From: Spironucleus salmonicida | Taxonomy: Eukaryota | DNA: 64,000 nucleotides | Reading direction: 5' to 3' | Assembly (NCBI RefSeq): GCF_000497125.1 | Contig: NC_090600.1 | Location: 951,197-1,015,196, forward strand | Part shown: positions 24,601 through 39,614 of the stretch, piece by piece | How the letters are laid out: each line of letters starts with the position of its first letter | How positions within the stretch are numbered: the first letter of the stretch is position 1 | Notes under the pieces: model-generated | What the model was told of the DNA's origin: nothing | Seen by the model: only the letters and a program-made list of their open reading frames with translations | Database searches by the model: none | Program-made: the position numbers and the translations under genes

Positions 24601-27600
24601 CGGCTTTAGGCACCCGCCTAGGGCCGCCACAAACCCGTTAGCAGCATCGCAGACCAAGCACCCATCCCCCGTGTATCCTGGAAGGCAGAACCCCGCACAT
24701 ATCAGGCGCCCGGACGCATCAACGTAGCACCGGTCTCCCTGGCATTTTTCGCAAAGCTCCAAGCACTCGGCCCCAATGTTTATGAAGCCGGCCCAGCACC
24801 CCTGACAAGACGGACCCTGGAAATTATCTTTGCACGACGAGCAGACGATGCTACCGTTCTCGTAAAAGCAGTCTCCATTGCAGCCGTCGCATCTCACCAG
24901 GCACTGACCCAAGAAGCTACCGGTCCCCGCTTAGCACGAGTCGCACTGCTTTCCAACCGCATATTGGTTGCAGCGGCAGGTCTAGTCGTGCTGGCAAACC
25001 CCGTTAATGCAATTAGTTGGGAGGCACTGAAAAATACACTGAGCCCCAACAAGGAGATAATCCTGCGCGCACGAAAAGCAAATGGTCTCCAGAGCTATTT
25101 TGATGCATTTGCCATGTTCTATTTTCTCATCTTCAAGATTATGGCAAACCTCTCCATATAACCATTTATCCGCTGGACACTCATCGCACCTATTTCCAGC
25201 AATGCCTGCATTGCATGAAAAGCACTTAATGTCACATTTATCTGGAGGTAGCATGCATTCCTAGAGATAATAGCAGTCGCCAGTTAGGCATTCTGCACAT
25301 TTTTTCAAGCAGAGCTCGCCATCTGCCTTAAAACCTGAATCACATTCCTGGCATTTGGGCGCTTTCCAGCCGATCTTACATGCAGAACATTCCCATTCAC
25401 CACCATTACCGCTTAAATACACGCACCCAGCACCTTACGCGCATGCTCCGGCCAGGCAGACATTTTTACAGCCTTTATCGCTGCTTTTCGTACAGAACTG
25501 ACAGCTTATTCCACCGAAGTGATCTCCACAGTGGCAATCCCCGTCCTCGCATCGATTGCCATTACATTCCTGAGAATTTTTACATACAAAACCATCACAA
25601 ATACCGTCAATACTGAAATAGCCATCAGAACAAACGCAAAAGTTGTCAAGGACTTATCCATGGAAGCACTGAGATTTTTAATCTCCAATACAGGTTGCAA
25701 ATCCTGTGCTCGCATCGCAACTAGTAGCCCCACCAATGCAGAAGGTGCAAAGGTCAATCTCACATTTATCACCGGAATAACCTGGTCTGCAAACACACCC
25801 AAAAATAGCACTACATGTACTACCTTTATTGCAAAAATCTGGAGGACATGTGTGGGTTTCGCAGTTCTTCCCACTGTAGTCTTAGTTACAAGTTAAAATT
25901 TTGCCATCGAAGATGCCGTGGCATTCACTATAACAAAGATTTTCTTGATTTTTAATATTTATTTGGACGCGTAGTAGTTCTTGTTGGATGAATGGTGGGA
26001 TCTCAGGACTGGCGAGCTCCGCGAGGGAGGCTATTGAAACAGCAAAAAAATCTTATAGGCGCACCATACCATCATTGCGGAAATCGACTATCCACTTTCC
26101 AGTTTTTAATAGTTTGGTGACACCGGGACCTGATTACATTTCTGCTTTGCTGATTTATTGAGGGCTACTGATTTTCCCGGTACCTATCAGAATATAAACG
26201 TTTATCATATTGCTGTTTCGCTCGGTGGATATGATAGGTACATCGCTTTAACAGAATATCTCTGACGACTACTCAACAAAATTGATTATTTCATTATCTT
26301 GCGCTTCCTTTATCAGTAACACACATTTTTTGTTATTAGGGCTTATTAGTTTGAAATTGGCAAGCATGTTAATAAAAAATGATTTTTGCGCAGTTTGTGA
26401 AATTCCATTTATTATCCCTTATTATTTAAGCTTAATTTAACCACAAATAACCGCGAAGTTGAAGCTTGTTTATTATATAAGGTCGGATATTCCGCTAAAT
26501 TTATTAATTGAGACTTAACTAATTTCAATATTATTCTAAATAATAATATGGTCAATGTTTGCCTTTATCATATCTTATGCCAAGCCGAATATAACACTTT
26601 TTTCTACATTTACCCCATCTGATATAGTAATAAAATTGCAAAATGACATATTTAACATAAACATAGCTTCAATTTTTAGACTTAATGGATAATAATTTAC
26701 AGCAGAGGCTGCATAACTTAAATGTGTATTGCAATTGAACGAAATGTTTGTAAATTTGCAGTTTGTTATTAATTTGCCCATCCCATAATTGCTGAAACTT
26801 CCATTCGTAGATCCACTAATAGATAAGTTTAGAGATACCATTGAAATTGTTACTTCATCTAAACTATTGAAAAAATAAGCTATCTATTGAGACTTGCATT
26901 TTTCCATCTCTAACGTAGAATTTATTGAAACAAAACTTACCTAAATATTTTTAACATTACTTTCTGCTAAAAGGATTGCTATAAATGGTGTATCAGTCAT
27001 AGTTAGGGATGACTATATTGCAATATTTGAAATATCTGCATTTTCTTCCACTATTTAGGATAACTATGTTATTTTAGTGGCTGTTTTAGAGTTTGACTGT
27101 AAGTCTATTGTTATTTTCAAGTTCTTAAGATTTCCAATTAGCTGCTGGCAAATACTAAAAATAGTAGTATGGGTTAAAGCAGAACTAGTGCTAATGAAAA
27201 TCATTATTTCAGATTTACTTATAGTTTTTGTGATTTAAGAAAATCCATAGATTAGTGAAATTTCTCGCCCAAAAATTTTAACATTAATATTTAATAAATC
27301 AACAAATGTTTACATTGATACTCCATAAATTTATGTCGTTTCCATGGCATTAATTATTACAGAAACTGGAAAAGCACCCATAAGGTCTTAGCAGATTCCA
27401 AAAATTGTAGATGCCATAATAATACGTATATTAACTGATAATGATGTAGATTTTAGACTTTAAATACTATTTGATATACCATATACGTTATATTGTGTTT
27501 TCAATAAAGGAGTACATATAATAGAGAAATCGCAGCTTCTGAATTAAGATTCTATAACTTAAGTAAAAAATGTGATCTCGGCTAGATTAGTAATTTTATC

Positions 27601-27933
27601 ACTTTGAATTTTGAAAGAAGTGTCTTAAAATGAAGCTGTACTGAGTTGTTCCATAACACGGAAAGAATCTAAGATATCAATTTCTACAGAGATTCTTATA
27701 TTACTAAGAATCCCAGTAAACTTTTAAATTAACATGCCACCTCCTGGTATACTTAAAATTGTAAGTGTATTTCTAGCTCCTGAAAGAGTTCCGTTAAAAA
27801 AATTAACTATGGGTGAGCTGAAAATTGTTAGACTGATATCTTTTTCTATAACAAAATTATCATTTTACATAGTATTAAGTTGATAAAAACCATCGCCGTC
27901 AGAAAGTATAATCAAACTAAAAATAACTAGCAT
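21673..27933 (-). CDS. Giant (~2086 aa) membrane protein: signal peptide, beta-rich ectodomain, EGF/furin-like Cys-rich repeats, TM helix, DMT/SLC35F-like multi-pass domain, cytoplasmic tail
   Basis: The minus-strand ORF-track fragments starting at 26841, 25254, 24912, 24465, 24207, 23667, 23286, 22938 and 22560 share one frame and join through TAA/TAG. ATG at 27933, first TGA found at 21675-21673 in AAGTGA context. Not every codon was checked for internal TGA. Confidence 0.88.
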
Positions 27934-30179
27934 TTTCTATTTCAGTTTAATTATGTTGATAATATCCATTTATTGATTATTGCAAATTAATTAAACTATA
28001 AAGAAAATTTAAGATACTATTATTATTGCATATTAGAAAATTTTATAACTTATAGATTTATTATAGAGTTGAATAATAATTAATATGTATTTAAGACTCT
28101 TTTTATTATTGATAATATAATTAAATATAAATTATTTATAGGCTAGCATATACAATTATTTTATAATTATAGAATAATACTTATATAATAGCTTAAGTTT
28201 ATTTTTATTTTTATAATTATACACATATATTCAATTATTTCATACTTACATAAAATCAAGTATAAAATTATTATTAACTAATAAATAATTATAGATTCTA
28301 GATATTTATATTTATTAAGAAAAGTATACTACCATACCAAATATAATTTAATTCTAAGAGCTCTATATAAGTAAATAAGATATAATAATATTTATTTAGA
28401 AGTAATATCTTAATAGTTTATATAAATTTATATCAACTAAACATTATAATACAGTAATATATATTATTGTTAATTATCAAATATTATAATAAGACAAACA
28501 ATGATTATTTTATTAATTATTCGTCATGTTAAAATTTCAAGATTATACATCAAGCTATATAATTTCACATGCGATACAACAAATTTAGTCGCCTTCTGCA
28601 TAGTTGTAGATTCTAATAGCCAAGACAATAATTTATTAATTTGATATGCAAATTCATTTATGTAGTTTTAATTAAAAATAGCTAATTCTATTGAAATAAT
28701 ACTTTAAATCACCAAATATCGAGTACGACATAATCTAGCAAATTTTAACATTCACCTCTTGATCCGCTACAATATTTAGGAATATGCCACTTATCAAAAG
28801 TCTGCATACGAGTCTTCAAGCAGATCACAACAGATATTCGTTCTTATATGTAATGAATCATCTCTATTTTAAGATCTGACTTCAAAAATTCTTGATTTGT
28901 GCACCATTGGATTTATAGGCGATAACATAACTTCAATATATGAATTTGTCTAGCGCAGTGCATGTTTTGACTGATGAATGCTTCAGAAATAACTATCTTG
29001 TTGCTAGCTTCTTAATTTTCATGTTGCCGATAAAGTAATGCTACCAAATATATTGTGTAAGCATATTTTGTGCAAAATCCACAGAATTCTCCAGTCTTCC
29101 ACACGCAGCTTAAATTCGCTCTACGATCTCTTATTGACAGTAATTTCTATGCCTAAACATAGATCTATCAATAATCTAAGCCACGAATACCAACCAATGC
29201 CATATTGCGCTATCTTGCAATGAATAAAATTGACTCTATCACCAACTACTCGTATTGCTCCAATATCAACCAAATGCCCTAATAACGCACACAACTCTTC
29301 ACAGCAAGAAATCCGCAATAATTCCGTATAACTTTCCTAATTACCACTCCAGAAACTAAAACTGAATTCTGTACAATTGATTATATTACTTAAAATTAGC
29401 TAATTTTCCACTCCTAAACTGTATTTTTCAGTATTTTTTTCGCGCTGGCCCCCGAAACGAAGCTGGAAAGTCCAAATTCAGTGAATTTCAGACCGTCTGA
29501 AACCAATTTTCCTGATTGTAAAACGCGAAATTAAGTGCCCAAATCCAAACATGTTCAAAACGCAATGTGACGTTTATTTCGACATTCGAATGCGAGTTAT
29601 GGACATAATGGGATATGATGTTCGTTTTGCAGAAATTTTGACGATTTACCTTACAAAATTGATTAGAAATGTCCCAGAATTGGTCCATAAACTTGAATAT
29701 CCTCGCTAAAATCAACTTTCAGCGCTGGAAGTTTTGCGGAAATTAGGCGGTCGGGAGAGCTGTTTTCGGAGTGAAGACAACCTCTATAGTAGTTTTTAGA
29801 GTCTTTCAAGACATAGCTGGTGAAAAATGCAGAATTTCGGCACAAAATAACCTTTGAAAACAGCTGCGCAAGTTCGTTTTCGCAGTGAGCAGAGGCTCAT
29901 AGCGTCTTGCAATTTGCGTCCCTTGCAATTCGCATTCTAAGCCAATACGTGCGGGTTAAATTGGTATTGGGAGCATTTGCGGCCTAAAACGTCTATCGCT
30001 GTACCGCACCATTTGCGAGCCTTTATGAGTAAAAGTCGCAACAAAATGATGCGTTCTGAATATGCTAAACGAGTAAATGGTGAGTCCGGTCAGTGCTCAA
30101 AACCAGAGACTTTGGGGCTAAAAACCAGCAACTGGGAGTCCCCAAGAATGCAAAATTTTCGTTTAGGTTCATATGGTGA

Positions 30180-30675
30180 TTTAAATCGTTAAAACCTCTA
30201 ATTTAATCCCTTAAAGGATGTAATTTGAATTTTTAAAACAATTAAAGACGTAAATTTCAATCGTTAAAGATTCTATTTATATATCTTACGGGTTCTAATT
30301 TAAATCACTTAAATTGCTCTAATTTTAATTTCTTAAATACTTTAACCCATACCTTTAAATACTTAATCCATACCATTAAAGGCTCTAATTTGTATTGCTT
30401 AAATGCTGTAATTCCAATCAATTAAAAGCTGCAACTTAAACCCTTAAATACTTCAATTTGAATGAATAAACGGCGATAATTCAAATAACTTAAATCGCTC
30501 TAAGTTGAATTGCTTAAATATTCTAATTTAACTGTTTAAAGGTTCTAATTTGAATGACGTAAAGTCTTTAATTTAATCTTTAAAGGCGTAAATTGTAATT
30601 AATTAAAGACGTAAATTTAAACCCTTAAATACTCTAATTCCAGTCAACTTAAATGACTCTAATTTTTAAATTTCT
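30180..30675. repeat. Degenerate ~23-bp minisatellite, copy 2
   Basis: Same array as 6466-6985, one unit shorter. Confidence 0.75.
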
Positions 30676-32388
30676 CAAATAGGTCTAATTCACACCCCAA
30701 ACGCTATTTTTTTCAACCCGCTAAACCATCAAATCCGTCCATTCCACGCCCTTTAAACCCCAATTCTACCTCAAACTCCCCCAAACCATCAAAAAGTCTG
30801 CTACCAAACGATTTCTGGAACCCCGCAAATGCAATTTTCCAAACCTCTCAAAGTGCTTAAACTGCTAAAATGCACGCCAGGAGCGCGAAATTAGCCTCTA
30901 AATTTAGTGCGTTCTGAGTGGAAAATTACGCGTTTTGGAGATTTTCCAGTCAAAAAATTATGGCGAAATGCGATTTTTCTTTACTGAAAATAACGGAAAG
31001 TACCGGACGGGTAATAGAAAAATTATGGACTTTTTAGCACTATTTAGAAGGTTCGAAAATGGAGAATAATTGCTGAAATCGGTGCGCGGGGGCTTCCCGT
31101 TTCGGTTTTTAGGGGTAGCGCAGGTCTGGAAGGAAATACTGATTATTATATGTTGAAATGTTAGTGTGAGATTTGGGATGGCAAATTTGGGGGATGTAGA
31201 GAAGGTAGAATGTGGGAAGTCATGGAATGTGGGAATGGGGTGGAAATGTAAGTTTTGGTCTTTTAAGGGTGGGAAATGGAAATGGGGCGCGATTCTGTAG
31301 TGGGTGGTGTAATTGGGGGTGGTGAAAGATTGCGTTAATTTTAAAGTTTAGGGTGGAATTTTATGGGGGAACGAGAAGGGATTGAATAGGGGAAGTTTGT
31401 TATGAATAATAAGGAGGTTGGGGTTAATTTTGGGTTAACATTTATTGGTAGTGAATATCTAGTAATGTGTAAAGATATATAAATGTGCTTAAGAGTAATA
31501 ATAGAAATTTATGTTTTGGTGTTTTTATATCAAGCTAATAATTGATTTTGTCATTTTTTGATGTGGGTGTTTAATTAAATACTACTCAACAGGCTAGTAT
31601 AATAATTATGTACAATTATATATGCTCCATTATTATTAAAACTAACTGATAAAAAGGAAAAACTCTAAGTTGAAGTGGTGATTTTGAAAATAAAAGATTA
31701 TATGGAATAAATAAGAATATTAATTTTTTCTGAGTAAACCCGTAATACTAAAATTAAAACTATTTAAAAGTGTTAAAAATATCCTTTTTAGTAAAAGGTT
31801 AATATTAATAAAATATAACACACTATTACTGACTGGATCTGTAAAATTATTAGATTTTAAAATCTATTACTTTAAGTTAACCTAGATCTTTATTTATTTT
31901 GGTTAGGTAAAAACATAATTTGTATTTTTATAGATTTTCAGATTTATATATCAGTTTAGTGCATATTATTAACATTTAAATTGTTGTGTTTTTGTTACAT
32001 AAACCAAAACTAAAGTTTATATATATAAATATATTATATATAATCGTTCGAATAAGTATAATAGAAATAATTATGATGATTATTTAAAAATTAGTTATAT
32101 TTTGAGAACTGTTTAAAGTCAGTTACTCTGTCTAAAAATAATAACATGTTTTATTATACGCAATAAGATTTTATATTTAATAACTATCTGTTTTAATAAT
32201 ATATACTTACCTCTGTAAGTTAGTAATATTATCATTTTATTATTTTATAAGTATATATAATATAATGTTTCTCTTCCCATTATGTTATTATATTAATTAC
32301 TTATAAATCTAATAATTGAAACTATTTAAAAACCAAAAAATTGTAATATCTATTTATATTGTTATCACAATGTACATAACAATTAAAA

Positions 32389-33318
32389 ATGATCGTTGTT
32401 GTAAAATGTACGGAATCTAAAAATACGTGCCCTGTAGACAAATTTTGCCCAGCACCCGCCGAAGAGGAAATGGAATGTCTAGACTGCACTGATGATAAAA
32501 TTGAATCAACTCAAGGGTGTAATTGTGTGGAGAAAGTTGCAATTAAAAGGTGCAAGGAATGCAATGAAGGATAATGCACAAAGTGCTTCGATAAGTCATT
32601 TATGAAAGCAGATGGCTCCTGCGAAGACTGTAGTTTTAACTGTGCTACCTGTGAGACTACCTAGGATAACTGTACCTCATGTAAGGCAGGATTTATATTG
32701 GATATGTAAACAAAAATGTGTGAAAGGACCTGCAAGTCCCACAAAGAATGCACAAGCAAGAATAGTGGTTACTGTGACTTCTCAGTGGGATAATGTAAAG
32801 CTTGCTCAGATGGTTGCCGCTCCTGTGCTTCCAAGACATTTTGTGCCTAATGTAATGACTCAGAGGGAAAACCAGTACTTACTATAGATGGTACATGCAC
32901 AGCTGCTTGTGCTGGTATTTAAGATGGAAATTACTGCAAGAACGGAACTGCCACAAAATGTGAAGGTAGCATTACTTCAGAGTGTAAATGTGGTGAGAAA
33001 AAGAGCTGCGCTACTTGCAATACTGACAGTTCAGCTTGTGAGACATGCCTACCGAATATCCTAAAGAATACAGATGGTGACTGTAGTGATTGTGCATAAG
33101 GATACGAATCTGTTGGGCTCTTGTGCATATCAACATCTACATTGGAAAGTAATGGTACAAACCTTGGTGGGGGTGCAGTAGCAGGAATAGTAGTTGGAGT
33201 TCTGGTAGTTCTAGGAACTGTTGGAGGAGGTTTGGCCTACTATTTCATCAAAAAGTCAAAAACATAGAAGTTCTAAGCAGGTATGGAGGAAAGCACATAG
33301 AAATAAGCTCCAGAGTGA
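32389..33318 (+). CDS. CRMP1/VSP-like cysteine-rich membrane protein (309 aa), intact copy
   Basis: Single frame in code 6, many CxxC motifs, TM GAVAGIVVGVLVVLGTVGGGLAYYF followed by KKSK, stop in AGTGA. Confidence 0.9.
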
Positions 33319-33789
33319 ACATAATTTTATGGTAAACATTGAATCTCAGAATAAGAAGAATTTTGCATAAATTTAAATATAATGTATGCTTTTTACGTTA
33401 CACATCTAGTTAAACTTCATTATTTTATGAAATAATGGAGAATAAGTGCTAATTAAATTATTTTACATATAATTTAAATATAATATAATTAGAGATATAA
33501 TTTAATAAAAGTACTAATTGCTGTATATGATTAAGTAAATATATTTAATATTATCAAATTTAGCTAATAATTATGATAAAATCTGATATGATAATTTAAT
33601 TCACCTATGTTAAGGTAACGTAGACACTTTTTTCCATAAAGCGACATTGATTCATCTGACTAATTATATATATTCTACATGAAATTCGATGAATCAAGGC
33701 GAGTACGAGACACTAAAAATGTTATGGGAGTTATATGGAATTTAGTTAGAAATACGATTAATTAGTGATATTTCGTCGTTCCACAAGAA

Positions 33790-34080
33790 ATGAAAAACAT
33801 CAGTCCAAGGCACCTCTTTATGAAGAAGTTGTCTCTTAAAGTATTACCATATATAAGGTAATAAAAAGTTAATAATGCCTCATTATCACCTGTTAGTCCT
33901 ACACGATAGCATCATACACATAATATTTATAAAAATAAAAACAGATCTGACTCTCTAGATATTAGTCAAAGTAATATAACAGAATCATTAAATGATCCTT
34001 ATTCAGAGAGTAGTGAAATTTCTATTTGGGTTATAGACTTTATTTTTAAATAATAATATTTTTGTGTGTAGTAATATTGA
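33790..34080 (+). CDS. Short hypothetical protein, duplicate of 10122-10388
   Basis: Same ORF. A TGA/TAA difference extends it by 8 codons. Confidence 0.45.
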
Positions 34081-36701
34081 ATATTGCTCTGAAGTGATTA
34101 AAATAGTGATAAAATACGTTACTTAATATAATTTTATTAAATAAGGCAATTCTACACTACTATCAAGTTAAATATACCTCTTTTAACTACATAGTAACAT
34201 ATAAATAATTATTTACCTGTTAATTGTAGTATTCATCCTGATACAACCTCAGTTTTCATTATAAAATAAATTACGTTACTACTAGGTAAACTTTACATAT
34301 TAGAGTAAATAATTTTCCTTAAAGGCAAATAACACATTCCAATTTTCATAAAATGCTACTTATATTATGCGACAGCTCAATACGGAAAAATACAAAATAT
34401 CTAACAGTTAGCTAGTCTCACTTTTTAAATCCCAGACGCGGTTCATTATTATTTTAACTAATCATTATCCTAAATTATTAACTGTATATATGTTTATTTT
34501 ATATTTTATTTCTAAAAACAATACACACTAAATTAAAATTGATGCGTATACCCTTAATTTTTCATTTCTATGAAGTTAAAACGTAAATTTTAGTTAATAT
34601 ATCATATGAAAGCCCGATATAAATTAGAATAAACTTATAGAATAAAAAATACGTATTTTTGAATGTTATGTTCTGCCATACTGGATTTCAACCAAACCAG
34701 AAATTTACATTGCATTATTATATATTATTATAAATATATTTTCTGAAAATCTGTTTTTAAACATTTCACTTCGAAACATCCCAACCACAACATAAAAAAC
34801 TATTTCTATTCCTTATTTTTACTATTTAGCTTGCAATCTGCTTCAAATTTACTAAAACCAATTTTTATTATATTATATTACATTATTATACCATAATAAT
34901 TATTAAATTCCGCTCCCAAGTTAAATATTTTTATCACATCATCAAAAATCCCGTAGAATTCTAATCAATTTTCATTATTATTATATCATAATATCACAGT
35001 TTCTAAAAATTTAAAACCGAATTGCACCATCAAGTTTACCATCTAAAGTTTACATTCCCCGCAATATCCAAAACTTTCCATTTCGCAATTCCTCAATTTG
35101 CAGACCATCGCCATTTTCGATTTCTACCAAAATTTCGATCTCAAATTGAGAAACAATTAGACTTTTCGCTTCCAAAACGCAAATTGCGGCCGTAACGTTA
35201 AAATGCGAATTTTAGAAAACTGAAATTGCGAAAATTCGAGCCGCCGAATGCGTTTCTCTTGTCAGCTCGAAGCTGCGCTAAAGAATTTTTCTGGGGTTCA
35301 AATTTTACTTAATTTGAATTTTGACGTCGAAATCGGAAGAATGGCGCAATTTGGCGATTTGGGGGCTTAATGGTTTAGTTTTTGCACTATGTAATAATAA
35401 TCATTATTATATCAAATTAGAGGTACTTGCTAGTTTCAAAATTTTGAGAATGGGCGAAAATTTGGTAGTTTGGGTTGAATGTGTTCAATAATGAAAAATA
35501 ATGCTAGTTCACATTTTTAGAGTCATAAGGTGTTAAGGGCGCAGAAAGTAATTACTCGTATCGGATTAATCGATTGCTTATTGAGGAAATACGTAATTTA
35601 GGGGTTGATTGCGTGAATATTTACTGTAAATGGGTTTTTGCAGCTGTTTAGCAAACTAGTTATCTTTTAAATTATTATTTCATAATATAAGTATATTATG
35701 CTCAAGAATGAGAATGAATGTTAATATTTAGTAATTTATATTGATGTAGTAGAAGAAGAATTAGTAAATATCGTTTGAATTTATCTAGTTAAAGACTGAA
35801 TATGATGCTAATGGAAATGAGTTATTTTGCACACTCCATAATACTACCCATCTACTATACACATTGTGTTCAAATAGATTGGACTGTGTTAAACTTTAGA
35901 ATTTAATTATTTAAAGCATAGTTAAAAGTGTGAATTATAGTAGGCCTAAAATATATTAGTTTATTATTGTAACACTTTATCATATATATTTTTAGTATTT
36001 ATTGAATTTACTGAATAAAACATCTACATTGCATAAATAAGCAGAAGATAAATCTGATTCTAGTATTATATGTCTTTCTTGCCCACGTCTGTATAATACA
36101 TATTATGAAAAATAATCCTAAAAACTTGCAATGATAATAATTTTATGACTAAATCAATATATTATACTAGGTTAATAACAAATATTAGAGTTAGTTTAAT
36201 GTAAAATTTAATTATTTAGAGATTTTGTTTAGATTTAGTAAAATTAGAATAAGATTACTTAATTACACTAAAATATAAGAGGTAATATTATATACTTTAT
36301 TAATAAATATTATTACCATAAGTATATATGGAATACTATAAGTATCTAATTAAGTTATGACTTTAAGATTTTTACTCATGTAAATTATTTTGAAAGCTAC
36401 TTCATATTAAATAGCTCGAATATTTTTAAAAGTAAAACACAAATTAATTAAAAGATAATAATTCGTATCATTTGATCGTTATGCCGAATTTATATTTGAG
36501 TGAATAAGATTTCATATATTTTATCTCAGATTTAATTAATAAAAATAGAGTACTCCACACGTATTTATAATTTTTCATATAATTATATACATATATTATT
36601 TTAACAGATCGATTGGAGTGTGAATATTTATGAATTCTACACAAACTGTATTTAATATACAGTAATACTTCCTTAATGGTATATTTTGACATTCTAACAA
36701 A

Positions 36702-36911
36702 ATGAAAAAGGTTAACCATAGAACTACGTATTTAAAAAAATCATCTCTTAAAGTTCTTCCATCCATAGATTAATAAATATAAAGTAATATTTCTTTACCA
36801 CCAATCAGTCCTTTAAGGTATAAGCCACCATCTATCCAAACTAGAAAATTTGCAAGATGTGATTCCCTTGATATTAGTGTAAGTTTGCGCGTTGAACCAC
36901 TAAGCGAATGA
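36702..36911 (+). CDS. Short hypothetical protein or pseudogene, diverged paralogue of 10122-10388
   Basis: MKKVNHRTTYLKKSSLKVLPSI...LPPISPLR...DSLDIS. Similarity continues past the TGA at 36909, which may be premature. Confidence 0.4.
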
Positions 36912-39614
36912 ATTTCGGATGATAATGAAGTAGCTAATTGTACCATAGAGTCTTTATAGTGGTAATTATATTATATATAAAAGGTACAAGGCAATTGAAT
37001 GGATTTACTACTAGTGTTGAAACTATTTAGTATTATCTTAATTTCTAGCTTGGTTGGAGTTAATATTATTAGTCATAACATTTAATTATTTTTGATGAAC
37101 TGTATTGGAGTATAAGTTTATGATTAAATGTAGTTTGCATCTTGGTTAACAGTATATAGTTTTTAAAAATTAAGTTTATATGCCGGTAGATTATACTTAA
37201 TAGGATTTAATATGACTTATAAATGTCTAGCTCTAAAATTTATTTCGATACATTAGTACTTTCATACATTCAGATAATAAACTTTTATTAATTACATTAT
37301 ATCAAATAGTTCATTACAAGAATGAATTATTTTATTAAATTTATATTTATATATAATTTGATAATAGCTGACCTAAATATTAATTCTAAATATATTTCTC
37401 TCGTAACATATATTGTACCCTCATAAACGTTATAAATAGTATAAAATGAAATAATAATATAATAAATACTACTATAAAATAAGAGAATGGATTGCAGAAT
37501 AAGTTTATATGTTTAACTATGCACTATATAAAATACATATTAATAATTATTTCCAGTCATAATACAATATAAATGTTTATATAATTAATTTAATAATATC
37601 TTAAATCCTAATATTTATAATATTTATAGTAAATGTATAAATATATGTGTGGTTATAAATTTTAATCATGTTTTATAATAGTAAATCTATTACTATTATT
37701 TTTTTCATTTGAGTTTTTACTCTTTTATTTATCTAATTTTATAAACTTTACCTATGTTAATGCATATAAGCATATTACTGTCAACTGGAAACATGCTAAA
37801 TAAAATTGTATTTTTAGATTTTATCTGAATTATTTATTAAATCATTTGCGTTAACGTTGATAAATTGTTTATAAGCCGTAATATTAATATAAGTATAGGC
37901 ATTATTAATGACAAATAAGATAATATGCTTATAATTTATAGTTTGAGAATAATGTTTTCCCGGAGTATTTCAAGTAATTAAATATTAAGTAGTAAGTTAC
38001 CAATATTCAGAAGTAAATGATCATATTTGATTCATAAATACAAATCATCTATTTTTCAAGAATCTGGAGTAGTAACAGGAGTTAAAGAACTCTTGATAAA
38101 TCATAGGTAGTTAAAAATATTTTTAAAGTTGCTTAAAATATACACTTTATTATAATAGTATACCCATAACTAATAATAAAACTTTAAAAGATATGCATCT
38201 TTACATAAAATCTTGATATACATTACCACAATCAGTTATTGTAGCATCTGTAATAACTAATACTATTCTTTAATATATTGATGGTATTTTTATTTTGACA
38301 TAGACAACAAAAATATTATATATAAGAAGTACTGAAACAAATTATTACAAAACTTCCTTAAAAACAAACTACTAACCATATACCTTAGCTTTATCTAGTA
38401 TAGGATGAAATAAGTTAATAAAATGCCTTATAGGCCAACTTATAACAATATATTCTTGAGAAAATATTAACGTAATTTTATAGTATTTTATTTTTTAAAA
38501 TATGCAGTTATAATCAAATAACGTAATATATTCGAATTTTCATAAACTTATAGGTAATTGTAGATAAAATTCATTATATTCTGTTATTAAGATTTACAGT
38601 TTATTTAAATTAAGGAACCTAAAGTAACATAGATACTATGTGAGTTTAATTTGTTTATGCAAAGGTATTTTTTAACAAAATAATCCAATAAGCACAAATA
38701 TTTACTATGAACAATTATAATTATAATATTCTCATTTATACTATTAATTATATATTAATTATTAAAATAGTTACTTTTTCACTAAAAATAACAATAAATT
38801 AGTATCATTCATCATTACAATCTATAGGTAAAAGTAGAAATCTCTGCTATTTTCTATTAGTAAATACTTATTTTCAATGATTTATTCTGCTTCACTTGCT
38901 ATGAAACATAATTAAAGTTAAAATTAGAATAAGATTATACAAATAGCAGAATATCTAGAAAGAAAACTATTGCGATATAATAACTAAATTCATTAACCAA
39001 CACTAAATATATAATTATTTATAGTAACTTAGTAAATAATTTCTCCAGATTTTAAGATTAGCCAATTGTCTATAATATTATACTAACCATTATGTATATA
39101 ATAATATATTATATTATAGTTGTAAGCATAAACTATACAAGTAGCAAGTTAATTCAAATATTCCCAAAGCATATAAATAATGACAATTACAAATAGAATA
39201 ACTACAATAACATTTTGAGGAAGCTAGATGGAATTATGATATTTCAGTATTCAAAAAGTTGACTAGATTTAGTGGAAAAGCTGTCGTCTCGCTCAAAAAA
39301 TAGAATGAATAAATAATACTTTTATATTATTTCTTATCATTTAACATTTAAATATAAATAATTTAAATTGCATTTATAGGAAAGTGTATATATAAAATTT
39401 CTCCAAAAAATTTTATTTTGACTATACACATAACCTTAGGCTAGTATATATTGATTACTAGTTTTAATGATATACTTCCTAATATTTGTTACATATATGT
39501 GTATTTAATTAGGAAAACGCACATATTCCAATAAATATATGACTTTTTGAAAGGGTTCAATTAGCAATGATTTGCTCGTTAGGTATAAATAATATATAGT
39601 AATAAACATGCAAT

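Larger units (their letters stand above)
23713..35733. repeat. Segmental duplication copy 2 (true left limit is probably further left, not testable in this window)
   Basis: Matches 1-12064. Confidence 0.97.
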
